Shown here: one piece after another, positions 47,301 to 59,336 of the stretch
Position numbering within the stretch: position 1 is the stretch's first letter
How the letters are laid out: each line of letters starts with the position of its first letter
Source of the DNA: Minutocellus sp. GHC0000111
Taxonomy: Eukaryota
NCBI GenBank assembly: GCA_977018835.1
Contig: OZ361259.1
Coordinates: 558,001 to 622,000, forward strand
Direction: 5' to 3'
Length of the DNA stretch: 64,000 bases
Position numbers and translations under genes: made by a program
The notes under the pieces: generated by a model
Told to the model about the DNA's origin: nothing
Databases searched by the model: none
Seen by the model: the letters and a program-made list of their open reading frames with translations, nothing else

Positions 47301-49954
47301 GCCCTGTCCCTACGCCGCCGACTCGCTTCATCGGCACCCGTGCCAACTATTGATGCAACTCGTTCACCATCGACCCGATCCAAGAGAGCATCCATACCTG
47401 CAACAAGAGCACCCGATATAATCTTGTGAAAATTCTCGTCGATGGTCTTTGCGTTGCTCTGTGAATCCGCCGATATCACTGCCGATTGCGACAGGACATT
47501 GTAGGACTCCCAGTCAGCAAGATGGAACATCGTAGCATAGTACGGACCGAGAACATTGACTCTGGCCTGGAAGAAGCGGGGATCCGAAAGGACCTGGTGC
47601 TGCTTCCTGCCTCTCCCTCGTCCCTGGTCAGATTTTGCTGCTGCTCCTGATGCCGTAGAAGCAACCGTTGCTCGTCGTAAGAATAGAGGCAAATAGCGGA
47701 CGGCATAGGCTTCTGGTAGATTCACCTCAAGGTCCTTGGGGGCCAGCGTTGAAAGGTTCGAATCATACCGATTCACGGCACTCGTTCCCCCATCAACACC
47801 GCCAAGCTGCAAAATATTACGCTGAAGCACCGACTCAGCAAAAACTTCCTCCCAAACAGTGCCCCGATTGGAATTTCGGATGCTACCACCCTCACTGGAG
47901 AGAAAATGCCGACCGATGCCACATCGAAGTCGGACCTCCTCTTCTTCGGCCATATTCTTCTTCTTGCTGCGATCGCCCGACGCCCCTTCCTTGTCATTCT
48001 TCTCACTGCTGCCACCGCCATCACCATCGTCATCGGCCATGCGACCGTACAAAATCTTCTCAATGTCGGTCCGATTCTCACTGTCAAAGTCGATCGCCCC
48101 CTTCCGTCGACGTTGACGCGTAGTGGCACGGCTGTACGCATCGTCATCGTCCATGACGGTACCATCACCCCCGGCACCGCCCCCCTGCATCCGTTGGCGT
48201 TCCAGTATCTGCGATGCCGCCTCCTCACCAGTACCACCGCCTGCACCTTCCTCCCGTCCTTGCTGATCATTCCCCGTAACGACGGATCCCACCGAGTAAC
48301 GTCGAAAGGCATTGAATTCGGGCGACAGCAGCGCTCGCAAAACCTTTTGCGTCATTCGTTTCCGTCGTCGTTCGGTATCTTCCGGCCTGGGCGGCGGCGG
48401 CGGCGGACCGGACGATTGCAAGTTGCGCTTCCGGCGCTGCACCATCACCGCCTCCATTCGTTTTTTTATTACCGCTGATACGAGTCCCTCGACGACCGAC
48501 AGTGGCACGTACGGATTGACGGATATGTCCACGGGAAGGTCATTGATATCGAATGGGGGTATTGCTGTTGCTGCTGTTTCATCATTACCTCCATCACCAG
48601 CTCCAACTTGATCATCATCATCATCGTTCCGCCGCCGACGCTTGGACGTGCCACCAGCAGCCTCCCCCGGCCGACCATGGAACACCGTCACGTAGGCCCC
48701 CAAACAATCCACCAGAATCGATCGGAACGCTTGTACCTTGTGCTTGGTGCGCACGTCGTCGTCCCGGGTGGTGTGCACCGTGGCCGAACCGGCAATGGTG
48801 GAGGCGGCGTCGGTGCTGCCCAGGGCCGCCGCGGGATCCACCGGAAGCGAAAGGGTCGGTGCACTGGATGTGGCATCGTCGTTGTCGCTGTTGTCCATTT
48901 CGTCGTCAAGATCGAACCACTCGTCGTCGGATTCGGAATGCACCGACCCGTCGCCACCTCCATCATCAGCTCCATCTTTGCCTTGATCACCATCGCCACC
49001 AACATCATTGTCACCGTCGTCGTCATCCTCCGTCCCACTATTGCCATTGCCACCCCGACCGCCGTACGACCAGTACGCCCGGGCGGCCGACCAGATCCGC
49101 TCCTCCCACTTGTCCTCCTCTTCGATGGCCTCGGCCGATTCGAACTGCGTCGGCTGCTGCTGTGGCTGCTTCTTCGGCGGTTGTTTTTGTTGCTGCCGCC
49201 TTGCATCCCCGGCCTGTGCTCCATCTGGCTCCTCCTCCTCATCTTCTTGATCGTCGCCGAGGGATTGGTAGTATGGATCCTCACATCCGTCGTCATCGAA
49301 CACGTTCGAAGCCATGGAGGCATCGTCGTCATCATCGGCAGCACCGCCACCGACCGCCTGCTTCGTTGCGCCGCTGTGGACGCTGCCGGCCATGCCGCTG
49401 TGCACACTGGCAGCACCGCTGTGGGCGCTGTGAACACTGCGGGCGCTGGCCGCGCCGCTGGCAATGCTGGCGGCACCGCTGGCGCTGGCATGGCTGTGCG
49501 CGCGCGAGGGGGCGGAGGTGCCCGTGAGAGCGGAGACGTGGCTGCGGTTGTCGGACGGCTGCGGCGGACTGACGGCACCGATGGAAGAAGATTGGCGGAG
49601 ATGCCCGTCGAGATCGTTGGGGTTGCGCTGATTGGCATTGTTGTTGGTGGAGTTATTGGTGGTGGAGGGAGGTTGGTCGGCTACCGCGGCCGCCAGTGCC
49701 TGGTCTGTGTCGTCGTGATCGTCATTATTATCGTCGCCGTCATGGTGGGATTGCGCACTGTCGTCATCGTTGTTGCTGCTGTTGTTGGGGAGCCACCCCC
49801 CGTTGCGCAGTTCTTGGATCCACCACGCACCCTCGGGTATTGGCCGTGCCGATGGGTTGGTGCCGTCGTCGTCGTCGTCGGCTGCCGTCATGATGGGAGA
49901 GCGGCGGCGTGGTGGGGACGGGATCTTTCGAGAAAAATGAGGGTGGGCGGTCAT
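44288..49954 (-). pseudogene. TPR-repeat protein with in-frame TAG (copy 2)
   Basis: Copy of 15806-21472. Confidence 0.75.
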
Positions 49955-50396
49955 GGCATGGCGGGCGAAGCAAGAGGGTCATTTGAGGTAATAGCCGTAC
50001 CTAGGTACAGCCGTACGTACGTAATTGGGGACCGATGACCCTGAAAATGGAAAGCAGTTTTGAAGCAGACTCATCATCCATCCACCTTTGAGCTCCCAGG
50101 TTTCCACCTGTCGGAGCAGTTTGGCTTTCATCGATTTCTTCGTCAGTCAATCTTCTTACGAATGACTGTGTGAGCCGTTTAGATGATTCTTTGCTTGCTT
50201 TTTCGATCTAAAATGGTTGCCTGTTGGTGAACAGTTGGGAGAGACTTGAGCGACTCGAGGTCGGTCGCGTGGTTGCACACACGCGCACGTGACTTGACGA
50301 TCTGTTGACGGCTTAGTGGTTTGATTTTCCCCGGGAACTCCCCCGAATTTCCCTGGGGAACGTGTTTTTCCTGCCTTCAAAACTGCCATTTTCCCC

Positions 50397-50470
50397 TGTT
50401 TTCCCCTAATTTCCCCTCTGTTTTCCCGTGTTTTCCCCTAATTTCCCCTCTGTTTTCCCGTGTTTTCCCC
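50397..50470 (+). repeat. 32-bp minisatellite (copy 2)
   Basis: Copy of 21915-21988. Confidence 0.9.
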
Positions 50471-51181
50471 ACTTTCCTTTCCATTTTGGGCCACCAAAGG
50501 GGAAGAGGGAAAGGGAATTTCAAACTAAGGTTGACGGCATTGTTGCGGCCGGGGGACGACGACGATGGTGGTCTTGGTTTTGTTTCTTGGACGTTGTGCT
50601 TCTTCTTGCTTTTTTCGCCGATGACCAACTCCGCCGACACGACGAGTTCCGAGGCAAGCGATCGCCTCAGAACAGCGCAGGTGCGCTTTTGCAGAAGTCT
50701 CGAAGAATCAATGAAGAACACTTGTGTCATGTTCGGGCACAGACAGCTCCTCCTACAAGTGTGGATTCGAACACGACGGGGGGATTTGTGGTCGCAGCAG
50801 GAGGCTCTCTTGGACCAGGTGAAGCAGCTGTACATGGAGAAGCTGCGGGCCCTCATCGCAAAGTCACCGGCCGCCCTCCAAGAAAGCGCCAGCAACGGTG
50901 ACAACGTCTTCTCCGTGGAAAAGCAGAAGGAATGGGAGACGAACCCTGCTGCTTCAAAACTTCACTCATTAGCACTCGAAACAAAACATCCAAACATTCC
51001 AACAGTGCAAATGCCTAAAACTGAGCTGGAACCAAGCAAGAACGCAAGCACGAAGATGGCCGCCCGCCCATGGGTATCGAGGCCAGAGCGGCATTTGACG
51101 ATACAAGCACGTACAACAACTCGGAGCCACGAATAGACGCAGCAAATAATCCCCTCATACTCGCACACATAAATAATAACC

Positions 51182-51934
51182 ATGGCAACGGTGGGATCAA
51201 ACGGACCCGCCTGGGCCAACGCCTCCTCGCATTCCAGCACATCCCGGAGCGTCCAAGAGGAACTCAACGCCAACGATGCGGAGAACGACCCCAACGCCTT
51301 CCTTGCCAAACCGTACAGCACCCTCGACGAGCCCATCAGCGAAACCATCATGCGCGACGTTCGAGCCGTTGCCGTGAAATTACGGGTGGTCCTACTGCCC
51401 CTCGACCGCAACACACACTTTGGTTACTCCGGCCTATCGGTCACCGATACCACCGACGACGTTACCGCGGGAGAGAACCAAAAGCAGGTCATTGACAAGC
51501 TCAAGGAATGGGATCTGTGGGGACCGCTATTTGTTTGCCTCGCGCTTAGCGTCATTCTGAGCTTTAGGGCTCCGGCCCACCAGGCCAGTGCGGTATTCGG
51601 TGCGGTGTTCGTGGCGGTATGGGTCGGGTCGGCGGTGGTGACGGTAAACGCACAGCTGCTGGGGTCCAACCTATCCTTCTTCCAGTCCGTATGCGTGTTG
51701 GGATACTGCGTCTTCCCACTCATGTTGGCGGCATTGTTAATATCGACGCTGCACTTGACCCCGTTGGGTTTGGTCTGGGTCGATATCATTTGGATCACCG
51801 TCGCATTTATCTGGGCATGTCGGGCCAGCGCCGTCTTCATCGGGCAGATCATACCAAAGGAGCGACGATTCTTGGCCATCTATCCCGTATTCTTCTTCTA
51901 TACATTTTTGGGGTGGTTGATTCTGTTGTTCTAG
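51182..51934 (+). CDS. YIPF6: Yip1-domain protein (copy 2)
   Basis: Translation identical to 22700-23452. Confidence 0.88.
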   Translation: MATVGSNGPAWANASSHSSTSRSVQEELNANDAENDPNAFLAKPYSTLDEPISETIMRDVRAVAVKLRVVLLPLDRNTHFGYSGLSVTDTTDDVTAGENQKQVIDKLKEWDLWGPLFVCLALSVILSFRAPAHQASAVFGAVFVAVWVGSAVVTVNAQLLGSNLSFFQSVCVLGYCVFPLMLAALLISTLHLTPLGLVWVDIIWITVAFIWACRASAVFIGQIIPKERRFLAIYPVFFFYTFLGWLILLF

Positions 51935-52472
51935 ATGTTTGGGCACCAAGAATAATGATACTGTGGGACTCGAATGAATAGAGCGGAACGGGTGGTCCGC
52001 TGTCTTGGACTGATTCATCCATCCGGATTGAATGTCGAATGTTTCAAGGGCAATCTCAGTGGCCTCCCCCGCGGTTATCCTTTACTAGATAGGAATTCCT
52101 AGATTTGTGTATTTGCTCAAAAGTTGTAGGAGACGGGTCTACATGTCATGTTACCCACCGGTACTCTCTCCTTACTCAACAAATCTACAAACAACTTCAG
52201 ATAACCCGCGGTTGGCCTTCCACTCCTCGAAAAGTCGCCCTAACTGGCGAAGATAAACAAGACGACGGTGCGGTGGTCATCAACGCAACGTCGAGGGCTC
52301 AAATGACGCGAATTATCGGCAGCGCTATGCCTTCTCTAATGGGAAGAGCTGGGCGATATCGTCCATGATGAGAATGAAACAAATTATTGCTTTATTCGGA
52401 TTCCGTGGCTTGTGGGTCTCCTCCTCCGGGTCCCCCAGCTGAATTCTTCCCCGCCACAAAACCAACGCAACG

Positions 52473-54379
52473 ATGAGCATGCCCCCTGGTCCACCCCATC
52501 AACCGTCCTCGGCGGCGCGGAACATGCTTTCACTGGCGCTTTTTGCCGCGTCTATATCCTCAGTGCACGCGTTTTCACCGCAAGCAACAGCGTCGTTCTC
52601 CAGCCGATCACGACGTGCATCTATCACCGCCGCTCCTCCTCGTGGAGCCGGAGGCTCGATTTGTCAAACGTCAGTGAAAGCCGATGACGCAGGTAGAGAC
52701 GAACTGGCGCCTAAACCAAGTGCCGTCAGCGATGTGGGGCTAGTAAATGCCACTAATGTTGGTTCCTCCGTGAAAGAGCTGGTCGACGAACTATCCGATC
52801 CGGAGGCCGAGAAAAGAAGCACAAGGGCACGACGGGCACAAATCGACATCAATTGATGAAGATGATGATGACGAGGAATACGACTTCTCAACACCAAGTC
52901 GGCCGAGGATACGACACGACAAGATGAATGGCAGAAGAAAACGTACCGCCGATGACTTGTTCGATGATGACTTTGAAGACGACGATGACTTCTTTGACGA
53001 TGACGAAGATGACTACTACGACCGACGAAGGAAAAGTGCTTCTCGGCCATTGAGCAACAAGAAGAAGTCCAACCGAAGGAGAAGGCTCTTTGATGATGAT
53101 GACGATGATTACGAAGATGATTATTACGGGGATGAAGACTACGGTCGTACTGCCGACAAACCAAAAGAAAAGAGACGATACGGCGAGTACGTCACCTATT
53201 TCCAGGAGGACTTTGTCGAAGAAGATCCCAACCAGGCCTGGGAGTGGGAGACTACCCGGTCCGGCCGGGCGTCGGTACTGCTCCCACCGCTCCCCGATGA
53301 TGCTCCTGCCAACAGTGCCGCACCAACCCCCCAAAGCATCATTCACTTTATTGGCGGTGCTATAGTTGGTTCGTATCCTCGATTTGCTCCTGCCTCTGGC
53401 TCAGCAGACCAATTCCGTGGAGGTGGCAACCAATGTGCCGGTAACGGTGGATCGGAACCCATTGGACCACTATGCCCTTTCAGATACAATTTACGAGGCG
53501 CTAGAAGAGGCATACGAAGACGTGCTTTGTGACGAGTTTGATTTTGATAAGTTGAAGGACGTTCCCCTGGTGGGTGTTGGGCACAGTTTGGGATCGAGGC
53601 TGCATGTGGTGATGAATACCGACGACGAGGACATGGTCAGAAGAATGGAAAAGCGAATTCCCAACAAGAGGGTTGGCAATGTCTTCATGGGCTTTAACAA
53701 TTATGGCACCAGCTCGGCGGTTCCAGGTGTAAAGACGCTTCGAAAGGGTGTCAAGGAAAGCGAGAAATATCGGCAACAGAAGCGGAAAAGCAGTCGGCGC
53801 CGCAATGCAAGACGAGATAGATACTCGTACGATGACGACTTCGAAGACGATGATTACTACGATGATGACGACTCCACCATCCAAGAGGACTTGGAAGAAA
53901 TCTTCGGGCTTGCCATGGCTTCCGTGAAATCAAGGCTCACCCCGCGCGAATTGGGAGAGAATCTGGAGTTTGAACCGACTCCCGACGAGCTGTGGTCCTC
54001 TATCAGCAGCGGCTTGTACGCAAAGAGGATCAAGAATACACTGATTGTGCAATTCGACAGAGATCGCATATGCCAAGGCTCTCGTTTGGCCCGGGCATTA
54101 TCAGAGGACGCTGCCGAGTCCAGCGGCAGCAACATTAAATTCGCCAGATTGGAGGGAGCTCACTTGACGCCGTCTTCATCGTACAAGTCGAACGGTCTCA
54201 GCTTATCAAAGATTGTTGGATTTACCCAAGCTAGCCTCTCATTTGATGCAATGGCCAAGGAGATTGCGCGAGAACGCAAGGAGGACGAGAAAGCATCCAA
54301 GAAGGTCCTTGAGGACAAAGCTCACGAAATGGAGGCATTGGTTAAGACCCTAACAAGGTTTGTAAAGGAAGTAAGATAA
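52473..54379 (+). pseudogene. DUF1350-like hydrolase, disrupted (copy 2)
   Basis: Copy of 23991-25897. Confidence 0.72.
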
Positions 54380-54441
54380 GAGAAGAAAGATTATTACATG
54401 TATTGACTCTATTTTTGGACATAAACTGCAGTTACATATAA

Positions 54442-56556
54442 TCAAATGAACACACCGGTTGCCCCAGCTAAAGGCACCAGCAGGAACAAGTTTGTCATTA
54501 GATCGCGTATCGACCCGGCAGATGTAGTGTCTCCTGATTCATCATTGATTTCCTCACTTCCGCCATCATCACTTGATTCGCCATCGGATTCAGGCTCATC
54601 GCCAAAGTAGGTCCAACGCTCGCACAGCTTGACGCACTCTTCAATCCCAGCGCCCTTCAGACACTCGATCAAGGCATTGTACTTGTCATGGTTGATGGTG
54701 CTTGGGTTGAAATCTGCAGTGACCGACGGCAAGGTTGGGGTTGGTGCAAAGATTTCCTGGCAGTAATGGACACTTGTTGGCGAACTTTTGGTATACATGA
54801 ATCCGTAGTCTGCGGCTACTGGAACCGAAAAGTTGTTTGGATTGACGCCCATAATACCGTGGCCGCCGGCAAGATATCCATTATCATCCGGCACGAGCTG
54901 GTTGGTATGGCCATGCCCATCAAAATAAATGATCCTCGATCCAAAGTGCGAACATCCTGGCAAATCGAGGAGCAATTCCCGAGCTCTTGGCGTTACAACT
55001 TGACCTCCGTATGGGAGTACCCAGGACTGTATTGTTTCATCACCGTTCCAGTGACCGATGAGTAGGATCGTTTCATCCTTGTTCACATTCTCCTCGAAGA
55101 ATGCACACGCTTCGGTGAAGTAGGGCAGTAGCTCCTCAGCCGAATACCCGCCATTGAAGAATAGCAGACCAAAGCCACCAAGCTTGTACCAGCCGATACT
55201 GTTCTTGATGGAGGAAGTTGCCTCAATTGACTGATATTTGGTGCCACTTCCAGAGGGTGGATCGTCGGGATTGATACTGTAATCGAAGTAGGTACCATTG
55301 TCGGCACTTACAACGGAGTCAATGCCAAGGTACTGTAAACTATACTGCAATGGATCGTAGACCACGCCGTCATCAGGGGCACCGCCTGTCCAGATGTCGT
55401 GATTGCCAAGGATGTAGACCAACGGCTTACTCATGGCCTTGGTAGATAGACGCTTCCAAAAGGATGTAGTAATGGTGCCATCCGAGTCGTAGAAGTTATC
55501 TCCCAACATAATGAAGCAATCAAATCCTCCATCGTCGACATCTGCCTCCGCCAGAGCATTCAACATTTCCACCGACTTGGAATAAGCATCGAAATACTTG
55601 CCGAATGAACACCCCACAAACTTGGAGCTGATGCAAGGGTCACCCCAAATCACACACTTTGCCGGCTCGTTATCTTCGGCGATACGAACATTGAACTCGG
55701 TCCCATCGACTTCAAAGGGGTTGTCCAATCCGGGCACAACCTTAACAATTGCCGTGTGAATGTACGACTTGCCATACTTTTTAGTAGTCGTCCAGCCCTT
55801 GAGCATGGCCAATTCGCCCTTGTCTACCGGCTTGTTCTCGAACTTATCCAACAATAGGGCGTCATTCATGTCGGGGGCATCATCCGCCATAAGATCTTCC
55901 ATCTCCATTGCATCGATGCATTGGTCACACTCTCGAAACAGCTCGCAGATGCACTCATTGGTCGTTTGGTTGTAGTACTGGGAAAAGTAGGTGCATTCCT
56001 CGTTGCTTTGACAATCAAACAGACACTGCGAATCCGGCGCTGGACTCTCGGCATGGCCACCCCACGTGTAATTGTAGGATTCGATGAGAGAATTGCCGTT
56101 GGGATCGGCGATGCATCGGGCGTTGGCCGTGCCGGTGTCAAATTGGGCCGTCCAGCGGTACTTGAATGGTGCCGAGGTGTCCCACGATAGCACCTCGTCT
56201 TCCACGGCACTACTATCAGCCATGGGCCTTCGAACGAATGCAGGCGGGTCGAGGGATGTGCTCACAATGGAGATGCGGACGGCGTCGTATCCATGTGAGG
56301 CATGCGCTTTGCTCACACGTAGATCGATGGGACTTACTGGTGGATCGATGGCCGAGCTGCACTTATCATTGCTGGCCTGTGCCTTGCGACGTCGTTGTTC
56401 ATCTGCCTCTTGGAACGATGTGTGATAGTCATGCTCAAAGTGTCCGAGAGGCGGGCGTTCCACGAGGCGAGGATCGGCCAGGACAACGCAGAGCAGGTGG
56501 GCAATGACTGCCGCGGCAAAGATAATACTCATCGGGCGATAAGAAGCGACGATCAT
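54442..56556 (-). CDS. Secreted metallophosphoesterase (copy 2, one V>I change)
   Basis: As 25960-28074, but RCIAD instead of RCVAD. Confidence 0.85.
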   Translation of the reverse strand: MIVASYRPMSIIFAAAVIAHLLCVVLADPRLVERPPLGHFEHDYHTSFQEADEQRRRKAQASNDKCSSAIDPPVSPIDLRVSKAHASHGYDAVRISIVSTSLDPPAFVRRPMADSSAVEDEVLSWDTSAPFKYRWTAQFDTGTANARCIADPNGNSLIESYNYTWGGHAESPAPDSQCLFDCQSNEECTYFSQYYNQTTNECICELFRECDQCIDAMEMEDLMADDAPDMNDALLLDKFENKPVDKGELAMLKGWTTTKKYGKSYIHTAIVKVVPGLDNPFEVDGTEFNVRIAEDNEPAKCVIWGDPCISSKFVGCSFGKYFDAYSKSVEMLNALAEADVDDGGFDCFIMLGDNFYDSDGTITTSFWKRLSTKAMSKPLVYILGNHDIWTGGAPDDGVVYDPLQYSLQYLGIDSVVSADNGTYFDYSINPDDPPSGSGTKYQSIEATSSIKNSIGWYKLGGFGLLFFNGGYSAEELLPYFTEACAFFEENVNKDETILLIGHWNGDETIQSWVLPYGGQVVTPRARELLLDLPGCSHFGSRIIYFDGHGHTNQLVPDDNGYLAGGHGIMGVNPNNFSVPVAADYGFMYTKSSPTSVHYCQEIFAPTPTLPSVTADFNPSTINHDKYNALIECLKGAGIEECVKLCERWTYFGDEPESDGESSDDGGSEEINDESGDTTSAGSIRDLMTNLFLLVPLAGATGVFI

Positions 56557-56845
56557 GGTGATGCCAAGCTACTTTGGATGGATTGTGTTATGCTGTTCCT
56601 CATGTGGAGAGGCAGCCATCTTGGCGCCCGGCAAGTTGGGGAAAATCTAATCACCCCGAAACACTCTTTGGAGTCTTATCATATTAGGAACCCGGAACTT
56701 GAGCTCAGGGAAGCCGATGATGTGGCGGCCCTCGCCAGCAACACAAGAACGCGGCGCCGACCAAAAAGACAAGGACCAGCATCGCCTGCTTGCTTCCTGC
56801 CCCGTCCTTCATTGTTGAAGTTTTGCACACCAAAAGGACCCAACC

Positions 56846-58176
56846 ATGCGCGTCCTCGGAGGTTCCCTCGCCCTCCTCCTCGCCGCCGGCAAGGTGCGTG
56901 GCTTTCTTGCCCTGCTCGTGATGGTTGGCGACTCGTTGGAAAGTTGCGGCACATAATCGATGATGGATGGATTGACAAACGCACGCAGACCGGTTCACTG
57001 TGTGCAGTGCCGAGAGTTTCAGTTCCGTTGAGAATGATGGGCGTGATGGAATGAGGATTTTGCCACAGTGTACAGTCTCGTCAGCAACCTTGGAGTTGCG
57101 TGGGTATCTTGCGAAGGAGGTTGGAGAATTGGAGCACATCTCGTGCTGGGAAAATATTGGAAGGCAACAACGGTATCGGCAGCATGCAGAGAAAAAATGT
57201 GCCGCAAGAAAAATTGGAATGCAATTTGTTTGGCACATCCCAAGCCCATCAAGCTTGCCAGCATTGATACAACATGCCAAGTCAAGCTCCAAAAGCAATT
57301 CATCTCACATATCATCTTCTCTCATATCTTCGTGTCTAATTCACACACACCTAAAAGCAGGCGTCGGCGTTTGTTCCGTCGTCGTTTGTTGCCCGGAATG
57401 GAAATATTGTTGCCTCCCCATCGGCCGCCTCCCCGTCCTCGCTGCACATGGCGACCGACAGCGGACCGCCGTACTCCGGCCCCAGCGTCAAGCCCATCCT
57501 GGACTCCATCGAGTATCCCTCCGACATGAAGAACCTCGGCATGAAGGACCTGAAGCAGCTCGCCCACGAGCTCCGTTGGGAGGTCATCGAGGCCGTTTCC
57601 AAAACCGGCGGCCATCTCAGCTCGTCCCTCGGCGTCGTCGAATTGACCGTCGCCCTGCACTACGTCTTCGACATGCCCGACGACGACATCATCTGGGACG
57701 TCAGTCATCAGTGCTACCCGCACAAGATGCTCACCGGCCGGCGCAACCGGTTCGAAAAGCTCCGGCAGCTCGGCGGCATCTCCGGTTTCTGCAAGCGCAA
57801 GGAATCCGAATACGATTCCTTCGGTGCCGGACATTCCACCACCAGTATCTCCGCCGCTCAGGGCATGTCGGTCGGCAAGGCCATGCTCAACAAGCGCAAG
57901 AACAACAACATTGCCGTTATTGGCGATGGTGCCATCACCGGTGGCATGGCCTTCGAGGCCATGAACAGTGCGGGTTATCTCAAGAACCGCATGATCGTCG
58001 TCCTCAATGACAATGGACAGGTCAGCCTCCCCACCGGCACGCAGAGTGCTGGTGGTGTCGTCCCTGCCTCGCAGCTCAGTGCCTACACGTCCAACCTGCT
58101 GGTTTCTAAGCCCTTCCAGGATTTCCGTGACTTCGCCAAGAGCTTTAACCGTCTGTTGCCCGAGAATGTGCAGGAA
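56846..58176 (+). pseudogene. DXS: DXS 5' fragment (copy 2)
   Basis: Copy of 28364-29694. Confidence 0.93.
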
Positions 58177-59336
58177 TTCCACCGGCAGTCGGGGTGCTGT
58201 GGATCTGCTGCACTTCGTGCAAGAGGGTGGACTGCGTTCCGCCGGCAGGCGGTGAGACCTTGGCGGCCTCGGGGGCGTTGGAGGGACTTTCGCTGCGGGA
58301 CGGTCCGGCCGATTCCATGCCACCGCTGCCGCTGTTGTTATTGTCGAAACTGCTGGCCATTTTCAGGCTGTCAATTCGTCCAGCGATGGCGTCGGGAGAA
58401 ACATCCTCTCCGCTTCCGGCCAGCGAGGAAGAGTTGGCTCCCGAAAGCTGCTGCCGACATCTTGGACCGGCCTTGGCTTCTACAGAATTCTCGTACTTTC
58501 CAAGTATCTTTTTAGAGCACAAGATGTGCTGGTTTGGGTTCTGGAGTCGAATCGAGGCCGAATATCCACTCAAATGGTCAGGTGAAAGGTTGCGGGGCTT
58601 CTGTTGTTCTATTTGCCGCTCTGATTCTTTCTTCCCTCGCCGAATTCGGTACTGACCGTTCAAATCTTCACAGCGCGCGGCGTGCAGGCAAATATCAAAT
58701 CGTGCCCAGGAATGAACCGCGAAGCAAACAGTTCTTTCTCGGTGCCAATGACAAAACTCTTCAACGAGCACGCAATATGCCGGTTTGAAAGTATGTGCTG
58801 ACCAAGCAAAATTCGAGGGGAAAGAGAACCAACCCCTTCCACGCTCACGCTCCGTCACAAGGATTTCAAATAATCCGCTTGACAGATTCTTCTTTGCAAA
58901 CAATTTTCTGACGCGTGGCGGGGCGGCGAACTTGGTTGGATCCGAGACGAGACGAACGAGACGGCCTCACGGATATACAGATAAAGATACGCGAGGGACA
59001 AAGGCAGGCGCCTCTCTAGCCCTTATCGGTCCACGCCTTCAATCGAGGAGTGAGTTGTGCGGCTTCTTTGCTTTGGCGCCTCCTTCCATTCATTCGATTT
59101 GAACTGACGTGTAAAAATTTGCGCGGCGGAGGTCATGGAAAAATGTCTTGGAGATGGCGGGCTCGATTCTCTGGGTGTCTTTTTTCCGTTGAAGGGATCC
59201 GGGTTTCTTCCCACCAACACTAAAATATCTGAAGCTTTGACGAGATGTGTTGGGGCAGAGTGCAGTATCAGTAGCCGAGAAGGCTTTCCACGCAGCGGCC
59301 GGTCCCTTGCTCTCCTCTTCAATATATGTTTCCAAG